Origin: Rickettsiales bacterium
GTDB lineage: Bacteria > Pseudomonadota > Alphaproteobacteria > Rickettsiales > JABIRX01
Assembly: GCA_038120515.1 (NCBI GenBank)
Contig: JAYOLW010000008.1
Location: 15,908 to 66,858, forward strand
Direction of reading: 5' to 3'
Length of the DNA: 50,951 nucleotides
A program made the translations under genes and the position numbers. Below are positions 42,523 through 50,951 of this stretch, one piece after another. Position 1 is the stretch's first letter, and every line of letters begins with the position of its first letter. Under the pieces are notes generated by a model, which saw only the letters and a program-made list of their open reading frames with translations, did no database searches and was not told the origin of the DNA.

Positions 42523-43245
42523 ATGATTATTCAATCTGCAATTTTCGTTTTTCTATTAGGTCTTATATTTGGTAGTTTTGCAACGGCTTTAAGTTACAGA
42601 ATCCCTCTTAACGAAGACTTTATCAAAACTCGTTCAAAATGCATTCATTGTGATCACATTCTCGGTTTTTTTCAGCTATTTCCTTTATTCTCTTTTATTT
42701 GGCAAAAAGGCAAATGTAAATTTTGTCAAAAAAAAATTTCATACAGTTATCCTGTAATCGAAACATTATGCGGTTTTATATTTTTAATTATTTTCTTTAA
42801 GAACGGCCTTAATATTCAATCTCTTTCAATTTATCTTACTTTCTTTACTTTATTTGTTGCCTCTCTTATTGATATTAAAACTTATGAAGTACCGATTAAA
42901 ATTCAGTTAATTTTATTATCACTTGCCTGTATCTTTGCCATACAAAACTCACTTAGTTATAAAGAATTCTTAATTAATCCATTTATTATATATAGTTGCG
43001 GACTTGTTTTAAAATATAGTTTTTATTTTGTTAGAAACAAAGATGGATTAGGTTTAGCGGATATAAACCTAGCATTTATTATTACAATTTTTCTTGGTAT
43101 TGAAAATTTTGTTTATTTTATGTTTCTGGCTGGAACATTTGGTGTAATTTTTGGTTTAATTTGGCAAAAAATATTTAAACAAGATCTTTTTCCTTTTTTT
43201 CCATCATTGTCGATTGCTTTTTTAATTTCTTATGGAATATTGTGA
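42523..43245 (+). CDS. pilD: Prepilin peptidase / N-methyltransferase (A24A)
   Basis: FGSF...YRIP, RSKCIHC...GKCKFC zinc domain, catalytic aspartates in SLIDIK and GLGLADI, FPFFPSL. Confidence 0.92.
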   Translation: MIIQSAIFVFLLGLIFGSFATALSYRIPLNEDFIKTRSKCIHCDHILGFFQLFPLFSFIWQKGKCKFCQKKISYSYPVIETLCGFIFLIIFFKNGLNIQSLSIYLTFFTLFVASLIDIKTYEVPIKIQLILLSLACIFAIQNSLSYKEFLINPFIIYSCGLVLKYSFYFVRNKDGLGLADINLAFIITIFLGIENFVYFMFLAGTFGVIFGLIWQKIFKQDLFPFFPSLSIAFLISYGIL

Positions 43246-43311
43246 TAGAAATTTATTATTTCCAAGCCGGTTAGCACTACATATTAACAATTAATATTTT
43301 AATAAATTTTC

Positions 43312-44973
43312 ATGAAGTTTTTTATTTCAATCACTATTATCTTAGCACTTACCGGTTGCAAGGCATCCTCAAAACTTGAGAAAGATTTTCCTTACGATTC
43401 ATCAACTAATCTTACAAGACAAGATTATAAACAAAATTTAATGAATCCAAGAAAAGAAAATAATTTAGAATCCAGCAATAACTTAACTAAATCAGATCTA
43501 GCCTTCGAACAAATGCTTTTGGCACCTCCAAAACCAAAGCTTGCTAATGATAAATTAATCACTTTGTCTGTTACTGAAGATGTTCCAATCAAAGATGTTA
43601 TTATTGAACTTGCAAGAATTGCTGGAGTGGAAACTCAGATCAGTCCTGATATTTCTGGAAGTGTAATATTAATAGTTAAAGACAGGCCTTTTCAAGAAGT
43701 TATCGAAAGTATAGCATCTTTAACTAACCTAAAAATCACTATTAATAACGGTATTCTTAAAGTAACCAAAGATATTCCATATATAGTCAATTATGATGTT
43801 AAGTTTTTAAATTTTATTCGAAATAATTCATCATCAATTGCAATTTCTACTTCTACTGGTGCTGATGAAGTATCAACTGGAGGTACAACCAACATTTCTT
43901 CAACTACTACAGGAGATCTTTGGAAAGCAATAGCATTAAACATAAGTAGAATAATCGGGCTAAATAGTGAAGAAGACTCTGATTCTGATGAACTATCACC
44001 TTTTGTCACAATAAACAGACAAGCAGGAATAGTAACTGTTAAAACTTATGACAAAGAGCATAAAATTGTTAATGAATATTTACAAGAAGTTAAACAAAGC
44101 ACATCAGCGCAAGTTCTAATTGAAGCTAAAATAATTGAAGTAATTTTAACTGATGAGTTTAGAACTGGTATTGATTGGTCAGGCATTTCGGATATTTCTA
44201 ATGCAGATTTTACAGATTTCTCATCTGGAGACTCAACCTCTTTTACTAACCCTTTTGGTGTCATTTTCTCACATAATGAAACTGGAGGCAAAAATTCATT
44301 TTCTGCAACACTCACTATGCTTGAAGAATTTGGTACTACCAGAACATTATCTAGCCCAAGAGTAACCGCTGTTAATAATCAACAAGCATTATTAAGCTTT
44401 TCTGAAAATGAAGTGTATTTTAATGTAACTTATGATCAAACTACCACTACTGGCTCTACTGGTGACAATTCTGGAAGCACAACTAGTATTACAAGCGAAG
44501 TACAAACTACCCCTATTGGTATTATCTTGAGCATACTGCCTTCCATTGATTTAAAAAAGAATGAAATAATTATGAATGTAAGGCCAACTATTACCACTTA
44601 CCTAAGCTCAGTTGAGGACCCTGCTGTTACTTTAACCGCCGCCTCACTTAATGACGACTCAGGTATTACCAGCTCAGTTCCGCAAGTAGCTGTTAGAGAA
44701 ATGGATACTGTTGTTAAAATGAAAGATGGAGAAGCTATTGTTATGGGTGGGTTGATTGAACAAAAAGATCATAATATCGAAAATGGTATACCCATCTTAA
44801 AAGACATACCTTTGTTTGGCTATTTATTTAAATCAAAAGCTAAAGAATTACAGGTAACAGAAACTGTTATTTTACTTAGAGCTTCAATTATTACGCCTAA
44901 CTCTTCAGTAGATCAATCTGATAAAGATTTTGCCAAAAAATTCACTACTGATCCAAGACCTTTCTTTTTTTAA
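43312..44973 (+). CDS. Lipoprotein secretin, MshL-like architecture
   Basis: Lipobox LALTGC, N0/STN-like domain, Ser/Thr-rich N-domain insert, QVLIEAKIIEV, GIDW, LSSPRV, MGGLI and GIPILKDIPLFGYLF. Confidence 0.9.
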   Translation: MKFFISITIILALTGCKASSKLEKDFPYDSSTNLTRQDYKQNLMNPRKENNLESSNNLTKSDLAFEQMLLAPPKPKLANDKLITLSVTEDVPIKDVIIELARIAGVETQISPDISGSVILIVKDRPFQEVIESIASLTNLKITINNGILKVTKDIPYIVNYDVKFLNFIRNNSSSIAISTSTGADEVSTGGTTNISSTTTGDLWKAIALNISRIIGLNSEEDSDSDELSPFVTINRQAGIVTVKTYDKEHKIVNEYLQEVKQSTSAQVLIEAKIIEVILTDEFRTGIDWSGISDISNADFTDFSSGDSTSFTNPFGVIFSHNETGGKNSFSATLTMLEEFGTTRTLSSPRVTAVNNQQALLSFSENEVYFNVTYDQTTTTGSTGDNSGSTTSITSEVQTTPIGIILSILPSIDLKKNEIIMNVRPTITTYLSSVEDPAVTLTAASLNDDSGITSSVPQVAVREMDTVVKMKDGEAIVMGGLIEQKDHNIENGIPILKDIPLFGYLFKSKAKELQVTETVILLRASIITPNSSVDQSDKDFAKKFTTDPRPFFF

Positions 44974-44990
44974 TAAAACAAGTTTAAAAA

Positions 44991-45755
44991 ATGCGTCCAA
45001 TTATTCGTTATATTATTCTTACTGCTACAAGAGATTGGTTATTTATAGGATTAAGTTTACTTATTTTAATAGCTGGTTTTGTATCTTTATTTTTAGGTTC
45101 TGCCGCAATCACAGAACAACCTCTAAATCAAATTGCCTATTTTGCCGGATCTTCAAGATTAATCATCGTAATTGGTATGATTATGTTTATATGCTTTCAT
45201 ATAAGAAGATCTTTTGATAATAGAGAGATTGAATATAATTTATCCAGACCAATATCACGCAATCAATTTGTGATTGCCTATTTCTTAGGTTTTGCAAGCT
45301 TAGCACTTTTTGCAACAACTCCCGTTATTCTAATTTTAACAATATTTTTTCAAGTAAAATTACCAATAATTATATTATGGAGTTTGGCACTATTTTTTGA
45401 GCTTTTAATAATGACATCATTTGCAATTCTTGCTTCCTTAATCCTAAGAAGTGCTGTATCAGCAGTGATGGGGTGTTTATGCTTTTATTTTATTTCTAGA
45501 ATTATCGGTTTTGCGGTTTCTTCAATCATCCTGCCAAAGCAATTACTACAATTAAATCTAACAGGAATAATGGAATCCTCTTTAAAATTAATTTCAATTT
45601 TTCTGCCAAGATTAGATCTCTTTGCTAAAAGTAAATGGTTAGTTTATCAATCTGTTGACCTTTCTGTGTTTTTCTTAATTTCGATCCAATCTGCAATATA
45701 TATATCGTTAATATTACTGATGTCTTTGTTAGATTTTAAAAAACGTCAATTTTAA
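44991..45755 (+). CDS. ABC-2-type permease (PilI-like)
   Basis: About 6 TM helices, LSRPISRNQFVIAYFLG signature, FLPRLDLF and a C-terminal DFKKRQF. Confidence 0.75.
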   Translation: MRPIIRYIILTATRDWLFIGLSLLILIAGFVSLFLGSAAITEQPLNQIAYFAGSSRLIIVIGMIMFICFHIRRSFDNREIEYNLSRPISRNQFVIAYFLGFASLALFATTPVILILTIFFQVKLPIIILWSLALFFELLIMTSFAILASLILRSAVSAVMGCLCFYFISRIIGFAVSSIILPKQLLQLNLTGIMESSLKLISIFLPRLDLFAKSKWLVYQSVDLSVFFLISIQSAIYISLILLMSLLDFKKRQF

Positions 45756-45757
45756 AC

Positions 45758-46504
45758 ATGGTATTTATAAAAGATAAATATATTCATATTTTACTTATTG
45801 TGACATTATTGCTTCAAATCTTCATTTGGAACCATATTAAAGCAATAAAACCGGATATGATTATTGTTCCAAATGTTCCTAACAAGTTATCAACTCAAAT
45901 AATTGCATTAGGAGACACTCAATTTTATTTTCGCTATTTAGCTTTTGTTATTCAAAATGCTGGTGATAGCTGGGGCAGATTCACAGCGCTCAAAGACTAT
46001 AATTACGAAAAATTATTAGAATGGTTTTTGTTGCTTGATGATCTGGATTCTAGATCAAATTTTGTACCATCTCTTGCCAGTTATTATTACGCTCAAACTC
46101 AAAATAAAGCTGATACAATTTACATCATTCAATATTTAAGACAGCATGCTAATAAAGATCTTAGAACTAAATGGTGGTGGCTTGTTCAGGCTGTATACAT
46201 CTCCAACCATATCTTAAAAGACAAAGAACTGGCACTTGATATAGCACTTGAATTAAACCAAGTACCTTATGATGTAGACATGCCACTTTGGGCTAGGCAA
46301 ATGCCAGCCTTTATTCATGAGCAACTGGGCGAAAAGGCTGCATCGAAAGAAATAATTGTTAATATTCTTGAGAATATTGATAATTTATCTGATGGTGAAT
46401 TAAATTTTATGGAATATTTTATACGTGACCGTCTTAAAGATGATGAATTTCGCTTTGAGATTATTGAAGAATTAAGAAAAAGAAATAAGCAAAATACAAA
46501 TTAA
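45758..46504 (+). CDS. Membrane-anchored helical (TPR-like) protein, possibly PilG-like
   Basis: N-terminal TM, ALGD...RYL...IQ, LDDLDSR and WWW motif, all-helical character; 2 nt after the permease. Confidence 0.55.
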   Translation: MVFIKDKYIHILLIVTLLLQIFIWNHIKAIKPDMIIVPNVPNKLSTQIIALGDTQFYFRYLAFVIQNAGDSWGRFTALKDYNYEKLLEWFLLLDDLDSRSNFVPSLASYYYAQTQNKADTIYIIQYLRQHANKDLRTKWWWLVQAVYISNHILKDKELALDIALELNQVPYDVDMPLWARQMPAFIHEQLGEKAASKEIIVNILENIDNLSDGELNFMEYFIRDRLKDDEFRFEIIEELRKRNKQNTN

Positions 46505-46506
46505 AA

Positions 46507-48063
46507 ATGACTGATCTAAATATTAACTCATGGCCATTTCAAGAAGCTGAAAGAATTTTAAAACTCATAAATTATAAAACACCGGCAAAAGGATTTGTAT
46601 TATTTGAAACTGGTTATGGCCCTTCTGGACTTCCTCACATCGGTACCTTTGGTGAAGTTGCTAGAACCTCAATGATCATAAAAGCATTTAATATTTTAGC
46701 CCCTGAAATCCCGACAAAACTTATTTGCTTTTCTGATGATATGGACGGACTAAGAAAAGTACCATCGAATTTACCAAATCAAGAAATACTCCAAAACAGC
46801 TTAGGACTTCCGCTAACAATTGTTCCAGATCCATACGGAACTGAAGCAAGCTTTGGCGCCAATATGAATAAAAGGCTTGTTGCTTTTTTAAACAAATTTA
46901 ATTTTGAATTCGAATTTGCTAGTAGTAGTGAATATTATAAATCAGGTCGTTTTAATAAAACACTTGAGAAAATGCTGAAACATTACAATCAGATCAATGA
47001 TTTAATTAGAAACACTTTAGGCGCTGAAAGACGAGAAGAATACTCAATATTCATGCCAATTTGTCCAACTTCAGGCAAAGTTTTGGAGAAAGGTGTTATT
47101 TCTGTAAATCCTGAAAAAAACACTATTAAATTCTATGATAGTGAAGATAAGGTTCAAGAATGTTATGTAGGAGATGGTAATTGTAAGCTGCAATGGAAAG
47201 CTGATTTTGGTATGAGATGGGCCGCTCTTGAAGTTAATTACGAAATGTACGGAAAAGATCTAATAAGCTCTGCCGATATTGCCGGTAAACTATGCAAGAT
47301 AATTGGCGCTAAGGCTCCAGTTAATTTTCATTATGAGCTTTTCTTAGATGATGCTGGTCAGAAAATTTCCAAATCAAAAGGTAATGGTCTTACTATGGAT
47401 GAATGGTTAAGATATGCTCCGCATGAAAGCCTTAGTTACTATATGTATTTAAAACCAAAATCTGCAAAAAGATTATTTTTTGATGTTATTCCAAAAGCAA
47501 CCGATGAATATCTAACTTTTTTAAACAAATATAATTCATTAGATAACTTAGAAGACAAATATAAAAGCCCAATTTTTTATATTTTTGGTAATAAAGCACC
47601 TGATAATAACACTGGAAATATTTCATTTTCTTTACTGCTTAATTTGGCTTCAGCATGTAACCCAGAAAGTAACGAAATTTTATGGGGATTTATTGCAAAA
47701 TATGACGCCAATCTTAACAAAGAAAATGCACCATTACTTGATAATCTTACTCAATATGCAATTAATTATTATCAAGATTTTATCAGACCATATAAAGAAT
47801 ATAGATCTGCAAGTGAAATAGAATTAACTGCTATAAAAGATCTCAAGGACGAACTTCAGAAAATTCCTGAAAATTCAAATTCCAGTGAAATTCAAACTCT
47901 TGTTTACGATATTGGTAAGAAATATGAATTTGACCTTAAGGAGTGGTTTGGAGCATTATATCAAATTTTACTAGGTCAAAAACAAGGTCCAAGAATGGGT
48001 AGCTTTATCGAGATTTTTGGAATTGATAATATGATTAAACTAATTGAAGAAAAAATATCTTAA
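46507..48063 (+). CDS. lysS: Class I lysyl-tRNA synthetase
   Basis: SWPFQEA, FETGYGPSGLPHIGT, DDMDGLRKVP, KISKSKGNG and GPRMGSF. Confidence 0.97.
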   Translation: MTDLNINSWPFQEAERILKLINYKTPAKGFVLFETGYGPSGLPHIGTFGEVARTSMIIKAFNILAPEIPTKLICFSDDMDGLRKVPSNLPNQEILQNSLGLPLTIVPDPYGTEASFGANMNKRLVAFLNKFNFEFEFASSSEYYKSGRFNKTLEKMLKHYNQINDLIRNTLGAERREEYSIFMPICPTSGKVLEKGVISVNPEKNTIKFYDSEDKVQECYVGDGNCKLQWKADFGMRWAALEVNYEMYGKDLISSADIAGKLCKIIGAKAPVNFHYELFLDDAGQKISKSKGNGLTMDEWLRYAPHESLSYYMYLKPKSAKRLFFDVIPKATDEYLTFLNKYNSLDNLEDKYKSPIFYIFGNKAPDNNTGNISFSLLLNLASACNPESNEILWGFIAKYDANLNKENAPLLDNLTQYAINYYQDFIRPYKEYRSASEIELTAIKDLKDELQKIPENSNSSEIQTLVYDIGKKYEFDLKEWFGALYQILLGQKQGPRMGSFIEIFGIDNMIKLIEEKIS

Positions 48064-48744
48064 TTACTTAATTTCAATTTGCCTACCTGAATAATCATTA
48101 TCTAAGATATCTTTGACTATAGCTAAGAAAACATCAAGATTTTGATGCTTTGTAAACTCATTATCAATATCTTCTTTTGGATCATATTTGTTATTAGAAA
48201 GCAATATTCCTGGACGTATTTCATTAACAGAAAATGAAGGAGCTAAATCTTTAGCAAGCATTTTAGTTAGATCAGAAAGAGATTTCTTCGAAAGCAAATA
48301 CGGAAAAAATCTTAATGTTTCAGTCTTAACTCTAAGATCAGTAATATTTATAATTTTACCTTTATTGCATATTTTAGCAAATGCCTGTGACAATAAGAAA
48401 GGTGCAAAAACATGAATATTATAGTTTTGCACTAAAGCTAACTTGGACGTTTCTTGAAACAAGCTTTCTTCAAATATACTTGCGTTATTAACAAGACCAT
48501 ACAAATCACCGAAATCATTAAAAACTTTGTTAATAAGATCATCAATCATATCTAAATCATTGAGATCAAATTTATAAATTTTACATTTTATATTTAAATT
48601 TATTAATTCATTTTGAAGACTTAACGCTTCATTCTCAGAATTATTATAAGTAATTGCAATATTATACTTTTCTTTTGCAAGAAACATGGATATTTTTTTA
48701 CCAATCCTTTTTGCGCCACCTGTTATTAAAATTGTTTTAGCCAT
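48064..48744 (-). CDS. SDR oxidoreductase, pteridine reductase (FolM/PTR1)-like
   Basis: ITGGAKRIG, LVNNASIF, IINITD and the YLLSK catalytic motif. Confidence 0.85.
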   Translation of the reverse strand: MAKTILITGGAKRIGKKISMFLAKEKYNIAITYNNSENEALSLQNELINLNIKCKIYKFDLNDLDMIDDLINKVFNDFGDLYGLVNNASIFEESLFQETSKLALVQNYNIHVFAPFLLSQAFAKICNKGKIINITDLRVKTETLRFFPYLLSKKSLSDLTKMLAKDLAPSFSVNEIRPGILLSNNKYDPKEDIDNEFTKHQNLDVFLAIVKDILDNDYSGRQIEIK

Positions 48745-49980
48745 ATGATAAATGATTTAGATTCTACTCTTAATAAAATTGAGCAAAAATTTAATCAAAA
48801 AATATCAACAAATATCCATATTGCAGCAAATTTATTACCAGAAATCAAAACTTCATTAACCACTCAAAAGATTCTGATAATTAGCGATAGCCAAATTGTA
48901 ACTAATAACAAAGAATTTTTCAAAGAACTAAAACAAACATTAAACGCAAAATCATATATTTTATCAAACCCAAAATGCAATATTGCTACAGCAAATGATA
49001 TTAGCGCATTTGTCAATAATGTTGATCTTATTTTGGGTTTTGGTTCTGGCACAATTAATGATTTATGCAAATATGTAGCATATCAAAAAAACATTGATTA
49101 TGCAATTATTGGTACAGCTTATTCAATGAATGGTTACTTATCAAAAAATGTTTCAATATCAATCAACAATCACAAAAAATCAGTTAATGGCCTAGCTCCT
49201 ATTCACGCATTTTTCGATTTAAACATTCTTAAAAACTCACCAAAACGTCTTACTTGCAGTGGCATTTTTGATGTTATCTGTGCATATCTTATAGAAAATG
49301 ATTGGTTATTAAGTAATTTAGTTGGCATCGATAATGAATATGATCCTTTTTATTTAGAAATTCAGAGACCATATTTAGAAGATTTAGCTAAAAACTTTAC
49401 AAAGGTTATGGATCACCAAGATCCCATGCCATTATTAAATCTCCTATTAATAACAGGTTTGTTAATGAATTTTAATAAAAGTTCAAAACCTGCAAGCCAG
49501 GCTGAACATTTAATTGCTCATCTTTTAGATATGCGAAATAGCTTCAATGCAGATTATTTTCATGGTGAACAAGTCCTCGTTGGCACTGTTTTAAGTTTTC
49601 AAATTCAAAGCCTAATATCTAATCATATTAATGATCTAACTATTAAACCAAGAGCCAATATTTACTTCGAAGAGGTTTTTCCAATACAATATGCAAATAG
49701 TTGCAGAATTGAATACAACCAAAAAGCAAATAGTATCAAGCATAACAAAAGTCTTCAAAATATAAGCGATAACTATATTATAATCTTACCGACAATTCAA
49801 AAGAACTTAAATTATACAAAAAAATTCTTTACTCTAATTTCCAATTGTAATATTTCCTTAAAACCAAGAGATTATGTTATAAATGAAAACGAAACAGAGT
49901 TTTGCTTAAATAATGCATGCTTAATTCGTAATCGTTTTACACATTTAGATTTGTTATTTCATGGGAAAATAAAACAATAA
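48745..49980 (+). CDS. sn-glycerol-1-phosphate dehydrogenase-like (EgsA/AraM, Fe-ADH_2 family)
   Basis: GSGTINDLCKY, TAYSMNGYLS, SGIFD, DWLLS, SKPASQAEHLIAH and HGEQV. Confidence 0.78.
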   Translation: MINDLDSTLNKIEQKFNQKISTNIHIAANLLPEIKTSLTTQKILIISDSQIVTNNKEFFKELKQTLNAKSYILSNPKCNIATANDISAFVNNVDLILGFGSGTINDLCKYVAYQKNIDYAIIGTAYSMNGYLSKNVSISINNHKKSVNGLAPIHAFFDLNILKNSPKRLTCSGIFDVICAYLIENDWLLSNLVGIDNEYDPFYLEIQRPYLEDLAKNFTKVMDHQDPMPLLNLLLITGLLMNFNKSSKPASQAEHLIAHLLDMRNSFNADYFHGEQVLVGTVLSFQIQSLISNHINDLTIKPRANIYFEEVFPIQYANSCRIEYNQKANSIKHNKSLQNISDNYIIILPTIQKNLNYTKKFFTLISNCNISLKPRDYVINENETEFCLNNACLIRNRFTHLDLLFHGKIKQ

Positions 49981-50006
49981 TCTTGAAACATTTAAAAGGG
50001 GGATTA

Positions 50007-50531
50007 ATGAGTAGAAACAATGTTGGAAAGACATTTCTTACTAAAACTGGAGATTTATCATCTGGTTTTGCAGAAGAAATGCTTACAGCTGAGAATAAAA
50101 TCACAAAATTTCTTCAATCTATAGATCTGCCAAATAATCCAGCAAAATTTTATAGTTTTGAGCATCCTAGTATTAGTAAAGAAAATCCAGCATATTGTTT
50201 TTACTCTCTAATGCTTGATAAATTTAAATGCCTAGCTGCAATCTCAAAATTAGATTTTGAACGTAATGAAGATCTTACAAATGAAACTTTGTTTTACCTT
50301 ATGGTAATCCCAGATATTGCCAAACATTTAGAAATAATAAATGAAGCTGAATATCAAAACTTAAGCAAACTTTACCAAGACATGTTTAAAACTTTCAGTG
50401 AACTAGAAAACTCTTCTGGATTAGAAGTTAATTACAATTTGGTGAATTCTCAAATTGAAGAACTGCAAAAAGTTGGATTAGACATATCTACTATCACCAG
50501 ATCAGTTCAGGAAAATAGTTTAGAGCGATAA
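50007..50531 (+). CDS. Hypothetical protein
   Basis: ATG at 50007 preceded by AAGGGGGA (preferred over the TTG at 49983); helical C-half; no recognised family. Confidence 0.6.
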   Translation: MSRNNVGKTFLTKTGDLSSGFAEEMLTAENKITKFLQSIDLPNNPAKFYSFEHPSISKENPAYCFYSLMLDKFKCLAAISKLDFERNEDLTNETLFYLMVIPDIAKHLEIINEAEYQNLSKLYQDMFKTFSELENSSGLEVNYNLVNSQIEELQKVGLDISTITRSVQENSLER

Positions 50532-50951
50532 TTTGCCTTGTTGACAATTTTTCGTTGCTTTAATTTTTGCGGCCAATTCACGAGGCTTTTTCCATGCTTT
50601 ATTTAAACCGGCTTTTTCTTCATGCTTCTTACTAGCTTGTTGTGATACTCCAGAACTTGTAGTTTGACTAACAATTGATTTAGACTCTCGAGGTTCGGGT
50701 TTTAGCTCTAATTTAATTTTTGGGGCCAATTCACCAGGCTTTTTCCATGCTTCATCTAAACCTGTTTTTTCTTCATGCTTCTTACTAGATTGTTGCGACA
50801 CTCCAGAACTTGTAGTTTGACTACCAATTGATTTAGGCTCTTGAGGTTCGGGATCTTGCTTTGATTTTATTATTGCAGCCAATAAACCAGGTTTACTCCA
50901 TGCTTTATTTAAACCTGTTTTTTCTTCATGACTCTTACTAGATTGTTGCGA
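50520..50951 (-). CDS. 3' end of a tandem-repeat protein (5' part outside the window)
   Basis: The frame stays open to the window edge (SQQSSKSHEEKTGLNKAWSKPGLLAAII...), so the TTG at 50882 is probably not the true start. Confidence 0.7.
   Translation of the reverse strand, partial: SQQSSKSHEEKTGLNKAWSKPGLLAAIIKSKQDPEPQEPKSIGSQTTSSGVSQQSSKKHEEKTGLDEAWKKPGELAPKIKLELKPEPRESKSIVSQTTSSGVSQQASKKHEEKAGLNKAWKKPRELAAKIKATKNCQQGKLSL
50560..50951. repeat. 153-bp (51-codon) imperfect tandem repeat, about 2.5 copies visible
   Basis: GCCAAT anchors at 50572, 50725 and 50878 are exactly 153 nt apart; shared blocks such as CTCCAGAACTTGTAGTTTGACTA and TTTTTCTTCATG. Confidence 0.93.

Noticed and set aside
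42504-42531. dif-like site on the minus strand (AATAATCATGA-TGATTC-TTATGTTGAAT)
   Set aside because: The XerD arm matches well, but the XerC arm lacks the inner TAA, the site overlaps the pilD start, and no strand-skew switch is apparent by eye.
1807-49070. Numerous 60-142 aa ORFs in the track that are antisense or off-frame within long genes (e.g. 11347-11775, 23208-23567, 32848-33180, 44930-45217)
   Set aside because: They lie wholly or almost wholly within well-supported genes, have no recognisable motifs, and are expected shadow ORFs.
50860-50900. WH2 actin-binding motif (GLLAAII) as in RickA/Sca2
   Set aside because: The following LKK(T/V) element is missing, and the LLxxI pattern is not kept in the other repeat units.
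50560-50951. CRISPR array
   Set aside because: Units are 153 bp, contiguous, in-frame and coding, with no unique spacers or cas genes.

Overview
AT-rich (roughly 30% GC by eye), very gene-dense chromosomal segment of an alphaproteobacterium, most plausibly a Rickettsiales-like but metabolically less reduced lineage (inference from class I LysRS, aroK-aroB-corC, tkt-gap-pgk, tal-xerC, hflKC-degP, infA-maf-lepA and rpiB-glyA-nrdR-ribD synteny). Most of the window is housekeeping: shikimate pathway, glycolysis/PPP, ftsH, recA, comM, guaB, gyrA and tRNA-Arg(CCT). The most interesting block is 37957-46504, a divergent type IV filament locus. Four large paralogous pilin-like proteins share a split scaffold, with a LamG/ConA-like domain plugged into one and a degenerate insert in another. 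Facing them are a prepilin peptidase, an MshL-like lipoprotein secretin, an ABC-2-type permease and a membrane-anchored helical protein resembling the PilI/PilG accessory pair of Myxococcus/Bdellovibrio pili. Other items worth follow-up: a lipidated subtilase with a probable beta-barrel, a candidate ~70-nt sRNA between recA and comM, an M23-bactofilin pair, an orphan HExxH metalloprotease, an sn-glycerol-1-phosphate dehydrogenase-like gene abutting an antisense SDR with zero-base gaps, a 153-bp repeat protein at the right edge, and an rpoZ 5' end that loses homology at the left edge. No CRISPR array, rRNA, IS element or prophage was seen. Family calls come from motif recognition only; no searches were run.
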